Shown here: positions 1 through 14,900 of the stretch, in pieces
Numbering within the stretch: position 1 is the stretch's first letter
How the letters are laid out: the number at the start of each line of letters is the position of its first letter
Source: Balanoglossus misakiensis
Lineage: Eukaryota > Animalia > Hemichordata
Direction: 5' to 3'
Length of the DNA: 64,000 bases
Assembly (NCBI GenBank): GCA_040954595.2
Contig: CM082580.2
Span: forward strand, 4,888,783-4,952,782
The notes under the pieces: generated by a model
The model's input: the letters and a program-made list of their open reading frames with translations, nothing else
Databases searched by the model: none
Told to the model about the DNA's origin: nothing
Program-made: the position numbers and the translations under genes

Positions 1-3000
1 CTGTTCTTGCAACAGGTTTAGATTGTACGACCACTTTAAAAAAAATTCCCCCCAGAAATTTTAATATGAGTCGATAATCATTTTAAAAAGACATTTGTAC
101 ATTGAATCAGCAAAATTTTGTTTTGATTTCATTAATTAAATTGAAATGAAGTAGACCCTCCTTGCTATTAAGTGTTTGTAATGTTTGAGTCCACCACCAA
201 CAGTGCAACCTTTCTTAGCAAAGGGTCTTACAGCCATGTTTCATTACAAAGGGCAGCCTTGCCATAATTTGAAAATTGGCCAAATCCGTAACTTAAAGTG
301 ACGTTTCCACCCTTTCATTTCCCTTTAAATGTCCACTGATCTGCGTGGATTCTATTTCCTATGGGAATGGGTGTTCACATCCATCAGTCTCACTTCTTGC
401 AAGGGGGGGGGGGAGGGGGGGGGGTGTACTTGAATACCAGACATGCAAGTCAGTCTAATAAGTGTTTAGCTAGATATACAGTTGCTATTTTTTCCCTGTG
501 AATTTTTTCGCATCAAATTTAGACATAAACCCGTTTAACCCACATCTCAGGAAAAGTGCAGTGTATGACCATGGATTAAATACCTAAGGTGTGAAATTCA
601 TCAGGCATTGAACAATTTTCCCGTGAGCCTTTTTCCCAACTACATTAAATTAAAACTATACCATCTACAATTTATACTAAACTTCCTCAAAATAATCAGT
701 TTGTGAGTTCAACCACACAGCGGGGTGAATCACGCATTTTTGTTGTTTCGAAAATTAAACTCTCATATTGGCACTGTTCCATGCAATTGACATGTTCCTT
801 TTTAGTAAAGCAGGTACCCAAGACCTTTGACCTTAGCATCCTTGCAGACAATGCAATCACTGGCAGTAATTGAATTTTGCCTCCATACTGGGGTGTGTTT
901 CAATGTGATGGGAGTATTACTTAATGAGGTCATGTAAGGTCATTTGGAGGACGCAGAAAATCCAAGATTAATTTTTTTCTCTCCACCAAAGTGCAGAGTA
1001 ACTGATCTGGATCCTCCCATTGTTACCGTTATTAAAAGGATGTTTATCTTCCTGTGGATGGGTGTGGGACTAATGGTTTGTCATTCTGTGGTTTAAAAGT
1101 ACTCAGCACATCCATATTCACATATCTGGCAAGTTAAATATCTGTGATGGTTTTTTGCTCAGGCAAATGTTGACAATCTTGTTCTTGAGGTGTGCGTAAA
1201 CCACAAAATTTATTTAAAGTACAATTAGTAGAAATGTACATGTGTACTTTACATGTAAGTAGCGAAGTTTAATGCATGTAAAATTATGAAAAATTGAGGA
1301 ATTCCATTTTACTTTGTTGTTGAAGTTAAATATGACACTGCTTCACGGCCTCTGCACATGATCTAAACAGAAGTTATATCATGAGTGCAGTGACTAAAGT
1401 TGTTACTTGTAAATATGGAAATAAAAAGTAGAAGTAGCTTATGGTTAATAGTAATACAATTTCACCAAAACTTTCTCCTAATTTGTGTGCTGGTTGATCT
1501 TAAGTGCAAAGTTCAACTGATGTACGATTTTATCATTTTAGCAAAGTAAATGGCCTTAAATGCAGCAGTGATATCATTGGGGTTTTGGGGGAGTATCAAT
1601 GCTACAAAATATGAGAACGCTAGGGACTAATGCAATGCATTGTATTTCAGTGAGATTGACCTTTCGAGGTGACCTTTGATGATGACACATTGCAGGAAGG
1701 AAATGATTTCGTGATTACAAAACAGAAGAAGTTTCTGCTCAGTGGCAGGTTTTCATCTCCGTAAATTTTTTTGTACGAATACATAAACATCAGATATTAT
1801 ATTGCAGCCGTTTGCCTCGTAGTATAGATTAGACAAGTCTTTGTGGCAGGGAGGTTTTTAGAGTTTGAAGATCAAGATCAGTGATCAGTGAAATTGAAAT
1901 GCAATTTTCCAGGCTTAGTGATTCCCACCGGGAATCGATTGATGCACAGCAGGTATATATGTGCATCATATGCATAACTCGCAAATGGAATATGGAATGT
2001 CGTGATGCAATTTCCCGGAAAGATGTGAAGTCCTCATAGGAGGGCATCTGTTTAATTTAACAATATGTGCATTGCCATTAGACAATGTTTGTAGTACAGC
2101 ATTATCAAAATAGTTTGCAATTGTGACTGAGGTCAGCATTTAGCTGGTACGGTCAGATAGCATGTGTGCTTGAGACACAGTTCTTGATTTTTTCCCCAGA
2201 ATTTAGATATGCAAATGTTGATTAAGTTCAGTCATGACCCTTATATATACATGTACATGAAGACATTTCCTTTTTACTGAACATATTCATGTCTGTTGTA
2301 AATTATTGATGAAGCAAGAATGGATTATCAAACAGCGTTCTTTCATATCATGAGCTACATGTACAACTGCAAATAAAAGGAAAACTTTATACAATGTTGT
2401 GTTTCCACAGGAAATAACCCAATTGCTTTGTGCGGAAAATGCATCTGTTTTGGGGGGGAAAAAATCACTGCATGTAAAACTGCAGAGAGTGAGAGGATGA
2501 AAACGTGCATTGTCTGAGAAACCAGCTGTATAAAAATGGAGTTTAGTCATAGAACAGGGAGATATGATTTCATTATATCCAATATCAATTTGCTTGATGC
2601 CCTAAATCATTCATGTTACTTACTACATGTGTGAAAATTTTAATGAGGGGGTCTGTGGTGCTCGCGCTGATAATAAGTGATATTACTGTAGTTGTATCAT
2701 GTTCTAGACAGTAAAAGATCGCGATGAAAACTGGTAGGCTCTTCAGTGTTAACATATGAGAAGTTAATAGCGTCATTACCCTTGAAACAGTAACAAGAAT
2801 TTCCCATGATCCATTGCAGTTTGGTGCTTGCAAGTGTTGGGGTGACCCAGTATTTGAGTGGTGTTCCTAGCCAGGGTGTAGCTGCTAGTGGCGTGTCACT
2901 GTACGCCACATTTTGCAATTGCATTCAGATCCTGGGGTGTTGCCTGCTGTATCTGCTAATGTAGCTTTTGGACTCAAGATTTAGCGAAAAGTTTGAAAGT

Positions 3001-3821
3001 CTTAGCGAAATTAGAATTGCATTGGTGGTGTTTCTTAGAAGAAACAGGTAGGGCAATCAGTTGTATGCTTCATTCCATCTTGATTGGGAACAGTTCCTTC
3101 ATCATGTAAAAAGAGCTGTAACATGACTACCAGACATTCTGTTGCCTATCAGTTTTATTTTCACCATTCAGAACTGCTCGGTGTGTCTGTTGAATTTTGT
3201 ACCAATGAACTTGATAGTTGATTTCGTCTTGTGATTCATTTAGAGAACTGAAATCGTCTAATTGATGATGACATGGTAAACTTCATGGCGGTATTATGTT
3301 TCTGAACTTGAACTTTCAGACCCCTCTACGTATCTATGGCTTTCAGTTTTGCCACTCCCAGTCCCAGCCTACATTTAATTTAACCTACTTTTCACATGCC
3401 AGGGTATTACATTAAACTTTAACAAGATCCCATTGGCCACTTTTAACAGACTTTCAATGGATCTTCTTTGGTCTGTTTGTAGGTACAATTAGATACTCAT
3501 AATTGATTTTATCGGGGTGACTGTTTGACATTTTGACATTCCCCTCCCCCAACCCCCAACAGAAAACAGCAATGACTTGGGGTGACTTTTTGACATTTTA
3601 ACCCCCATCTGAAAACAAATTTGATATATATATTTTGAAGAACCTGCTAAAATTTATTAACCAATTCATTTATGCATGGTTCATAATCATACTGACCTTC
3701 AGTGGGTGATTTGTTAAGTTTTTTGGCAGTATTGGTAAGATTTAGTTTATGTATTGTATGGCAGTGATGAATTTTATGGTGATGTACAAAACGTTATAAA
3801 TGTTTTCACTGTAGTTTCACT

Positions 3822-3890
3822 TTAACCCTTTCACCCCAGATCCCTCTTTAGAGGTCCAAGCCTACCATAGAAAACACTGGGGTTAGAACT
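3822..3890 (+). mobile_element. Partial short TTAA-CCC (piggyBac-like) MITE
   Basis: TTAACCCTTTCACCCCAG..TTTAGAGGTCCAAGCCTACCATAGAAAACA; related to copies at 28579 and 39313 (reverse). Confidence 0.55.
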
Positions 3891-6800
3891 GTTATATTGT
3901 TCAAGTAAGCTCAATCTTAGCAGAATATGCCAAGTAACAAAATTTAAGGACTTATTTATGGAAGTATTATGTTTATGGACCACTTGAACTTTGAAGTAAG
4001 GAGACCGTCAAACTAACTCTAAAATGTTGAATATCTGGATATATCCGTAGAAAGCCTTAGAGTGTAAGACTAATGAAGGCAATGCCAAATATTTTACCCA
4101 TGTACTAATGCACGAAAATAGAAAATAAATTACTCTTAACTGTCGTGCATTAGAAAATTTACAATCAAAGTCACTGTTTATGATAATACATCAAATTTTT
4201 ATTTCACTCATAAAGGTTTATGATTCGTGCAGGATATGAAAAATTGACATTTCGTTGCCCCTCATTGCCCCTCAAGATATCACTGACAAATTTTGCAGTT
4301 TGTTCAGAGAAACGTTGTAATGAAGAAATTAAATGGTGTGAGAAACTATTACAAAACATATAGTATAAAACAACTTCAGGAGATAGTTCGAGTGTAATAT
4401 TTGTTTCATTTGTGATCTGAAGAAGTCAATTTGTGTTTGTAGTATAAATGTATGCGTTAGCTATTTATATATACTTTTTAGTTGTGACTGGGGATGTATT
4501 TAGATTATGAAATGACCCCCTGGGGTAGCCAGATGAAATTCTATATGCCACTTTGGAATGATAGCTGGCTAGTCAGAACATTATTCCATTACATTTGGAA
4601 ATATTTCACACAACATTAGAGAGCCTTTCATGACTCTAAAGAGAGTTATTTCAAGATATGAGATGCTTGAAAGGTATTTTAAGGTCTATATAATGAGATC
4701 ACTTGTGTTCAACTTTTTTTGACTATTTGTTTTGTTGTAATATATCCAGTACCTACATCTGATGGTTTCAAGTCCTAAGGAAGAATTAAAAATAATGAGT
4801 GAATATATTTTTTTTTTTTTGGGGGGGGGGGGGGAGTAAAAATTTAAAAACAATGTTGACGGCTGTGCCATACTACATTTCAATTTGGTTAAGAGTTGAT
4901 ATTTTGACTTTTTCCCCAGATTCTTTTGATTGTAAAAACAGAAAAACAACAGATTGTGTGGCCAATATATGATATTTGTCTGGCCTATAACCCTAGAAGT
5001 ATTCATGTTTGTTCATTATTTATGTTTGGAATTGAATTTCAAAGTTTCAACTTTCATGTATTAAGTTCTCGAGAGTACCCGGTGTGCAATTTCAAGTGGA
5101 GGTTTCTGTTTGACATCCTCAAGTACATTACAGAAATCTGACATCACAAACAGACTGACGAATCGTGTCAATATTATTTGTTGTAACAATCGGGGAAGAT
5201 TTGTTTCAGGTAATTGATATTTTACATGATAGCATGATCTGGTCGTGATGTGTTATGCATGGCCTGCATTGCAAAAGGCCTTCACAGTCATCTCAAATTC
5301 AGTGGCTGCCTAAGTGATGTCATATCTCATATTCTCCAAATACCATGAAGCTTTGTTTATGCGAGGGAAATGATGATCAGCAAGTTCGGTCGAAAGCTCT
5401 GTGTCTTTTATCTCTGCATGGTCGGATGACCTCAGCTGAACTCGTCAATCTAATCAATTATTTAGTCTGTATTATAGTTGCACCATTTCAAGTGAATACC
5501 CATTCAGTGTCTTATCATCTTCTTGAGCTTCCTGCATTTTGTAGCTGTAGGCTAATCGTTCAGTGCAGTCAAAAAAGCTGGCCTCAGTGGCTCAATTAGA
5601 CAAGAAATGCGTACATGGTATTACATTTACTCTCTTAATCCTGATTAGAGACATTAAAAGAACAACCAGGTTGTGAATTAGGGAAATACAGAAGAGTCGA
5701 GAAACGTTTCTGTCTGAGTGTAACTACTTAAAAAGCATCCAGGCCTTGATGCTATACAAGCCTCACTAGTAGTAGTACATGTAGTAGGTTACTGGGAGAG
5801 TTTCAAACTTGTGACCCAGCCTTCAGCATTATTGTGCAGCTGTTAGTCTCAGTACATACCATCATGTATCATGGTGTTCTGTAAAACTATACAGTCATAA
5901 TTCAGTAATCTGACAAATCAATGCTTGCCTGAGAGGTTATGTCTTTTCTGTATTCTAGTTTTTTGTAAAAATTGGTATCATACTGCAAGGTGATTTTTTT
6001 TAATTTTTTGGGGTGCCTGAATTTTCTCGTTGTTTCTGACTGACTTGTCGATTTTCATAAAGTTGAAACAATGAAAACAGATTTGAATATTGGTTCGATT
6101 TCATTAAAGGAAAACTTTTGAGTTCTGCAACCACCTCATTGAAATTTCAGTGGCAGATTTTGAACATTGAAACGTGACTAAATCTGGCCCTGTCAACTGA
6201 CTTTTCAAGGAGCTTACATGTACCAAAATATCTCTGAGCACATACATGTACATGTACTACCAACCTGTGTGTTTATGCAGCTGTATGTCCTCACTCAACC
6301 CAATGAAATGAACCAGCCCATATTTGGTCATTTGCGTTTCCTGATACACACAGTGTAAACTTTGAGTGGGTACCTAGTGAAATATTAATAATCCTAGAGA
6401 ACAATTGATTTCCAGGTTAATGTGATCGAAACATGACTTTTGACCCCTCTCATTGCGAGACCTTGATCCAGACCATTGTTCTCAATCCTGTGGGTGGAAT
6501 CATGGGGAAATGTTGTAAAACAGTGTGTGTTTTCCAACACATAAACATTTTATTGATGTACAGATAAACCTGGTGTTGCTATAAACTTGGGCAATACTGA
6601 CAACTACATATGTGTGCAGTTATTGTGTTTTGAATTGAAGAAAATGAGATCTTTCCCTGATCAACCACTCAGATCATGAGATGTGCTTTTGACTTGTCTC
6701 AGAAGTATTTCAGACTTTTGTAACTCCAAACTAAGCCTCAAGACCACACCGGTCAGTGTATCAACCTAACCACTAATTATATAAATTAATTAACACCAAT

Positions 6801-8614
6801 TAATGAAGTTTTATGGCAGTGACAACTTGCCAAATCATTAAAGGTTCATTTACCATACAAAAAGGGACACCTCTTGACCCAAGAGAGTCTGGGCAAGACT
6901 TTTCTGGTCTCAGGATGCATTTATACTCTCAGAGTACCACTTTCTTTTTTTAGATCAATCTGTTGACACTTTCATACATCATAAAAATTCTCAAGTTGCA
7001 CATTTTCTCATGCAGTTTCACAGGAAGTCCTCTTACTTTTAAAGGAAGTGTACAGACTTCCTACTTTAATCAAAATAGCTGGTTCAAAATATTTTACATT
7101 AAGGATGTACATAAACATGACTAAAAGTTCTGTTTGGTGTGTGTGTAGTGTCAATGAAGCATGAGATGACTATGTGTACCTTTTAGCTTGGAGACAGTAA
7201 CAATGTGTAGATTTTCTTGATTTGACCTTTACATAGCTAACACATGCTGAAGAAGCCAATTGGAGACATTTCAAGAGCCTTAAACGACCCTTGACCTCAG
7301 TCTTTCACACATTGTCAATGGAGTGTACTCCGAAGGAATTTAAAATGCAGGAAATAGCTTCTGAAAGGTGTAACAGTTATTTTCAGTTTCCGTTGGCGTT
7401 GATGCATTTGTACATGTATGTAGGTGTTCAACATTCAGTCGCTTGTCAACCTCTGCTTAGATACCACAAAAGACTGAAGATCATTCCCAGCTGTTTTTAC
7501 TCTCTTTGGGACAACTTTAAAGGGCTTATAGTCCCCTTGAATTTGTCCTTCGGTATTGAAAGCTTTTCCATCATTTCAGTTAAATGAGTTCCACGCGGTT
7601 GTCACCAAGATTTCAGCTAACAGTATTCACATGCTGATTTTAATCCAAAAGGCACTAAAAGTACACGTCAATCAACACACATGTGGCTCACATATCTTGA
7701 TATGTTCTTTTCAGAGTAATCCATTTCAACCGTATATAAGTGACATGTATAACAATACTCGGCCATGGTTTCTTAGCTGACATTACAGAAAGTTCCTTCA
7801 GAAAAAGTGGCTTCATTGTGATCACTATCTTCACACCCGCAAGGTAGAGTTTTCCAGAATGGACTATTTTAGAAGACGTACATGTACAATCACTATAGCT
7901 TACGTGCTTTGGGTTTGGAGACAGCAATGATACAAGCAACAAGCCAACAATTTCTAAATGGAATAATTATAGATAAGAAGTGAATTATATTCATGAATAG
8001 AATCAGAAGTAGTAAGAGTACAGGGTAATGATTTTTTGACTTCATGTTCTTTCTCGTAACCCACATATTTTCATACTATGACAACACATTCGCTCTATAG
8101 TATAAAATATTTCAGTGTTCATTGTGGCTGTGTGTGTGCATACCATATGTACATGTGTGAATTAACATGTGTCCATCAAGGCTATATATACCGTACACTC
8201 ATTACACAAATTGTATATCAGTGACATATGCTTTCTGTACAAGTTCTTTACACGCGAGTCATGTCACTAACAGATCTGTGAACTTCAGTTCATGTGCAAG
8301 TGCTTACATTCTGATCGGCGATTTATTTTGGCTGGATACCAATTCATTTGTACAATTTTGTAACAATTTCATTTTTCATGCAAGTTCTCTTTTGCCTTTT
8401 AGTTCATTTTAGGTATGAAAGGGTACAGTAATAAATGCACAAACATTCATTGCTGGGTACGTGAGGTGTTGGACTCTCGTACAACATGTCTGATACACCA
8501 TGCGTAGAACCCTCATCCATATGTGACTATGAATAACCTTATGACATTGCTATCAGTGTACATCTCCGTAAAATACTTCATCCAATTATTCTTGTCATTC
8601 ATTTTATTTTGCAG

Positions 8615-8770
8615 ACTAAAACATATCCAGTGAAAATGGGCAAAGGAATTGTGACGGCCATGCATCAATCAAGCATAGATGGCGTGCAAGATATGTCCAC
8701 GTTGGCTGATCTGCATGAAGCTGCCATTCTACACAATCTGCAGATCAGATACAATAAGGATATCATCTAT
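8615..8770 (+). CDS. MYO10: MYO10 exon (N-terminal motor, TKTYP...[23 protein letters not shown])
   Basis: ttgcag|ACT ... TAT|gtaagt; myosin N-terminal motif. Confidence 0.92.
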
Positions 8771-11700
8771 GTAAGTATACTGGGGTGGGTTTGCACAAGG
8801 ACTTTTCTTATATTCATCAATTATGAATTATGATGAATGTGTGTCTTTTCTGCTGTTTTTATCTCTGTTGGTGGAATGTTCACAGAACCTTACTCATTGT
8901 AATGTTTCAATATTATAGTAACAGCAAAACTAGCATCTGATCGATGTTTATAAATTTCTTTGGACATGTGCGATTGTTGTGAACAAAATGAGCGACAAAT
9001 ACAGAAGTCAAATCACAGGATCGAAAACTTATTGATCGTTGATAGCTAGCCCTTGTCGATGTTTAGGACACTGAATTATAACAGCGTAATTTAGGTGAGA
9101 GACTACATTGTACATGTACTTCAACGCATGTGTATTGCATGTGTTGTGGTGGTTTTACTAGGCCCTGCTATTGAAACTGGTCATTCTTATTGCTAGTGAA
9201 CTTAGAAGACATACATGTACACCATTGCATACATCTGACATGAACGTTTTACCCCTTACTAAAATGCACTCTATCTCTAAGCTACCACCTTTCATCATGT
9301 AAATCCGTTGCATGTAAACTTTTGCAGACATACATCAGTTCCATCCTGGTAGCTGTCAATCCGTACAAAGCGATCGACAGTCTGTACGACATCAAAGTGA
9401 TGCAGCACTATGACAACAAACACATCGGAGACACCACCCCTCACATCTATGCAATAGCCAACGAGTGCTATTACTCCATGTGGAAAAGTCATGAAAACCA
9501 ATGTGTCCTTATAAGGTAAGAGCTAGTGGTGTATCTTCTAGCAGAAACCAATTTTCTGTACCTTAAATAGGTTTTTGCTGAGTGAGTGATGATAATCTCA
9601 AATGGTCGAACAATTCCAAGATGGTTTTGAAGAAATGAAGCATAAACAAGGCTTGGTGGAATTTAAATTCCTAATGAAATGGCCACTTGTTGAGAATGTA
9701 AAATGAGGGGATGATTTTCGTAAAGACACTGTAAAGATACCCCTGGAATACACAATGTGAACCCCATCCACAGTTGATTTGATAAAACACAGTATTCAGT
9801 TGCTAGCTCAAGGCTGTTCTGAAGTACATGTAATGTGAGATGCATGGAATCACTTGAAAAACAAGTACAGGGTTGTAACCATGAAAGCTGATGAAACTAC
9901 AACAATCGTTTTCATATTTTCTTTGAAAGCTGATTGAGAAATCTGTCTGCATTTTGATCAGGTTTTGTTTTCCATCAATATTTTTTTGAAAACCTTAGTA
10001 CTCAAGGACAAGGCATACTCAGCATGTGATGTGCAAGTTTGTAAATTCTAACAGCATTACGTACCAGCTTCCACACATCAATTGTTATTTCATGTAATTG
10101 TTTTCTTGTCCAAAGATTGAAACTATTCAATTTGCTGTGTGTTGTCTGCAAAATGTTTCAGCCTCACAATGAATGCTACAAAGCTTTTGAATAGTTAATA
10201 TCTCTAAAAGTGGAAACGTCCACATTTGGTAAAAACTGCATTTCTGAAGAAAAAAACATTAACCAAAAATTCTTCTTTTCATGTTTATGGAAATGAAGCC
10301 AAGGATTTCTCCCTAATACACAGTGATCAATAACATTGTGTTTCCATAGCAACCTTGAAACGAAAGCCAAGAAGGAAACAAGCTCATGTTGCCAGAGACA
10401 TTAACATTTAATTTGTCTCTTGGATTGAATATCACTTTGTCTGGAATTTCTCTTTTACGTCTTGACTAACCGTTCTAATCAATGTTTGTTTATTTTCAGC
10501 GGTGAAAGTGGGGCTGGCAAAACAGAGAGTACAAAATTTATTTTAAATTATTTATCAGAGATGAGTCAGCAAGCAGCTTTACAAGAGCACGAGACTAGAA
10601 CTGTGAGCGTAGAGAAAGCAATACTTCAAAGCAGGTAAGTAATCTGGACCCTTCAAGTCTGACCTCTGACCTCATGCTAGTAAGGGGGGGGGGGGGGTCT
10701 TCTCAAATGGCAGAGTGCTGAAGGAACTGCTGAAAAACATGCAATCGTGGATTTGAAATTTCAGCTCTATATACATAATTCAAAAGGTGTATAGTTTCAG
10801 GTTTTTGTTCCAGGTTGAACTGAGTCACAAAACAGGCACCCTTTCCATATCTTTTGCTTCCATGTGAGCATGTCTTAAGAACAAGTTCAAAGGTTTTAGA
10901 CAGTAGTAAGCTGTAATAGCTACATATACCACACCATTTCCAAAGTAGAATTTTTTTTGTATTCTCTGAATCTTTTGATCACATTTTCTTGTGAGTACCA
11001 CTGCTTGTTTATAATGTTTATTGCATGAACAGCTAATAGTGCGTCTTGTTGCCAGTACAACTTGTCTGCCTGATAGATGTGAATTTAATACTCATTAGGG
11101 TTGGATTTTATTTCTAATGTGTGACTAATTTGAAATTTATATGTATTATGGTCATATTGGTTTGGATAATCATGTAATTGGTATGTGGTAAATGTGAAAT
11201 ATGAACACATCTGCTGACTGAATGAGATCAATATTAAATATAGAATATTGTGGAGTGCACATTTTAATCGTCACAGCATTTCTCGTTCAGTACATAAGTA
11301 GTGAGTCACGAACATCTAAACTTTCTCAGCGATTGGATTGAAAAATTCCAGTGTGCAGTATTGCATTTCTCAGTTTTCTGACCTGCATTGTGGGCAACTA
11401 CAATCTTTCTGCCTGAGCATCTTTTAATACTGCAGATTTGTTACACATTGGGTGTTGTAAGTGTAAACTGCAGTATATTGGCTGAACCATACGATGCAGT
11501 TATAATGTTCATATTACTGAGCGCTAATGTCAGTAATAACCACTCCATCTGCAATTATGGTATTGGCAGGTCTTTTTCATGACCTCTGACCTACCCACGA
11601 TGCACCTGCCAATCCTTTTATGAGTCATTCCACTCATATCTATTTTCAGATCAATTTTTCGAAGTATGTAATAATCATTCGCAATTAAACCTAGAAACAT

Positions 11701-11913
11701 GCTTTTACAGTTTTCCGTCCATACACCACTTGGCTTGATAACCGTGATATTTTCTTTTGCAGCCCGATTTTAGAAGCATTTGGAAATGCCAAGACAATCT
11801 ACAATAACAATTCCAGTAGATTTGGAAAATTTATCCAGTTGCAGTTTTCAGAGAAAGGAAACATCACTGGTGGAAAGATAAAAGACTGTATCCTTTTGGT
11901 GACTGAAATTTAG

Positions 11914-11947
<34 letters not shown>

Positions 11948-14900
11948 AAAATTTTCAAAATACATATGAATATGAAGTGTGGGTGTAATCAATCATTCTA
12001 CATACAGATGTAGTAATTTCACACAAGTACACCTTAAAGTATACTGCTTTCTTGAATTATATAAGAGTGTTCTGCACGTGAATGATTTTTTCCTTGACAG
12101 AAATTGCCTTTTGGCTGAAAAGTTCTTCTTGAAAAGGTAAGTTGATTCTAAAGGTCTATCTTTCTTTTTCAAGCAGACATCAGCGGCTGTAGGCTTGCAT
12201 TTCTTTATTTTGCAAGACCTGGTCATATTTGCATAATCCGGAGTCAAGTATTACAAGAAATTACATTGATAGGGGAAGTTGAGTCAACTTGCAGCTGGTT
12301 TTGAGCTTGTTTATACACCCATGGAATATGTGAATGGGATTGGTACAGGAAATCAGATTATAGTGCAGAGTGCATCAAAGAAAACAATAAAAAAAATGCC
12401 TGTCACCTGTCCATCTTTTTTTGACTGTCTATGCCTTTGTACAGTGCGTAAAGACAGATTCAAGATTATATTCTCAGTATGGAGTGATAGACAGTGTAAG
12501 ACGAAAAAACCTTGACTAAAACGTAACTACTTTTGGAGGAGTTGGCACCATGCTCCAGAAGGTGGCTTTGTGTACAAAATCAGTTTATCCTTTGAATCAG
12601 ATGCACTGCTTTAGAATCAAGTTTGTTACAGTACTATTTTAGTCAGTTCATCTTCTCATTGTCACGTTATCAGTTTGGAATTGGTTTCTTCCATATTTCA
12701 AACACATTTGATCTTTTGGGTATGAATGCAGACAACATAAAGTGCAGTGGAATACATACAATGAGAAATTTGTATTCATGTGCATTTTTGGTTTTGTTTG
12801 TGATAAAGACCATTGGAATGACCAGTTAGTCCTGTTGCCAGTATTACACACAATGTTGCACAGATTATGTTGACTATTTAAGGAGAGATAATCATACTTC
12901 TGTACTAAAAATATAAACATTCAATTTCCCAGATGTGTCATTTTAACTTCTTTAACACCCAGTTCTTTGCCTGAAAGGAATTTGAGTTAAAAAAGGACCT
13001 GGAAGTTTATATTAACCCATGCATTGTAGGTGGATACGGTATATCCTGTGATTATGACATTCTTGTATGCGGTTGATGCCAAAAATAGGCGACAACACCC
13101 CACATGCATGACCACAAATTACTAATTTTGACATCTATATTTAAGCCAACTTAAAAAAATTCTGCCCATTTTTGGATGTAGTTTTACTAAATTATAAAGT
13201 CACATTTTGGCCCGAAATACTAAAATTTCATTCTTTATATTATATGTAACATGTTTACATTGTATAAAGGAGAATTATACATATAAAATAAGGGAATACT
13301 TAGAAATAGTTTCAGGAAATATTTCAAAAAATGGTGTCAATATCTGTAAAGGAAGTATTTTACGTGTCAAAGTCTGAGTTGAGGAAGTCCAGGTTGAGGA
13401 ATGTGTACTTACTGTGTAAAACAGAAATACCCAATCTTAAAGATACAAATCTTCAAAATTTACACCTACTCATAAAAAGCCTGTGGTTTTCCTGTTTTTT
13501 AAAATTAATGGTGCCCTTCTGAATGGCCAAGGTTCAGGATGTGGTCACAGTGAGTGTGGTGCAGGGGAGATGACAGACAGGGAAGTTCCGCTGTTCTGTT
13601 GGCACCGTGTCAAGTGTAGCAGTGGTATATTGGTTTCAATTGGAACTGTGTCAAGTTATAAACAGTGCACGAGTTCTCTCAGCTCAACATCTGGGGATGC
13701 GGTTGTACTGCCCAATGATTTTTGATACAGTATCGGATAATTTGCATAATAATCAAATTAATTGTTATGACAATGAATTTCTACTGTTCTCCTTAAATTA
13801 GAGGCTAGTGGTGATAACCGGTTTTGTCAGGTTACTGACTCTTAGCTGGTTACGCAGATTGCATGCCCTGATGACTATTAAGCCAAGCCTAGCTCAGCTG
13901 CATGATGTGTAGTCGACTAGGGGCTGTGAGGGGTCTAGTGTGTGTACAAAATGTGGAATCTAAATATTCATGTAAAAGACTCAATAGCTTGAAAAGGGTT
14001 GAATATTGGCACTCAGACATATTGAAGGTAATAAGACAGTGGGAGATAAAAACAGAATAGAAGAATGAGAGGGAAGGAGTGATAGTTTGTGAGGAGAGAT
14101 GGTGGAAACAAAGAGAGGAATACAGCAGGGGTGGGTGGTAGGGCTTGCTTGTTCCTGCTCTCACACCATATGTTGTGTCTGAATAGATGTACTTGACAAA
14201 ATTGCAATACACAAGTCAGCTGGTACTTCTTGGCAACCATGCAAACAGCGTGTAATTTAGAAAATATCCAGATGAGACTTTTTAAGAGATTGAATTGTGT
14301 GAAATAGCTTGCTTTATGCTCAGAAGAATCGCCTGTCACTTATTCTGTTGTACGCTGAATGTATGATGTTACCTGTACACACATCAATTTTCAGTGACTG
14401 TTACTCAAGAAGCTAAACCATAGGATTATATCAAAACAATGACATCACCAATTCTATTCCAAGACAGACAGTGGTAACCCTATCTGCTGATTCATATTAC
14501 CGGTATTGCAGTCTGAAAGCTTGTTTTAATAGATGCCCAGCAAATAATAAGAAAAGAAATGTTGTCTATTGTCAATTATTCATTGCTTCATATCCTGATA
14601 TTTTTCAGAATCGCGTTGTCGGCCAGAATCCGGGAGAGAGGAACTACCATGTCTTTTACAGTCTGTTGGCGGGTGCATCGGATGAGTTCAAAGGTCAGTG
14701 AAAGGTCATGATGTCATATAAGAGTTTGAAGGCAGTGAGACCACAGAAGCCACTTCCTCTCATTTTAATTGGAAAAAATTTGATACTTCCACTTGATGAT
14801 CTAGAAATCTTGCATAATACATATGTTCCGTGGACCCCTTTGGAGATACACTATTTTCAGTTCTGCATTGCTTAAAGTCTTGTATGTAAAGTTTCATTTC

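Noticed and set aside
403-424. Long G homopolymers (also ~4821, 10684, 31462, 40629)
   Set aside because: Common simple repeats that are error-prone in assemblies; no other support for function
12099-12100. Closer AG as acceptor of the U12 intron
   Set aside because: Too near the branch A and gives a frameshift; 12121-12122 restores FLLEK
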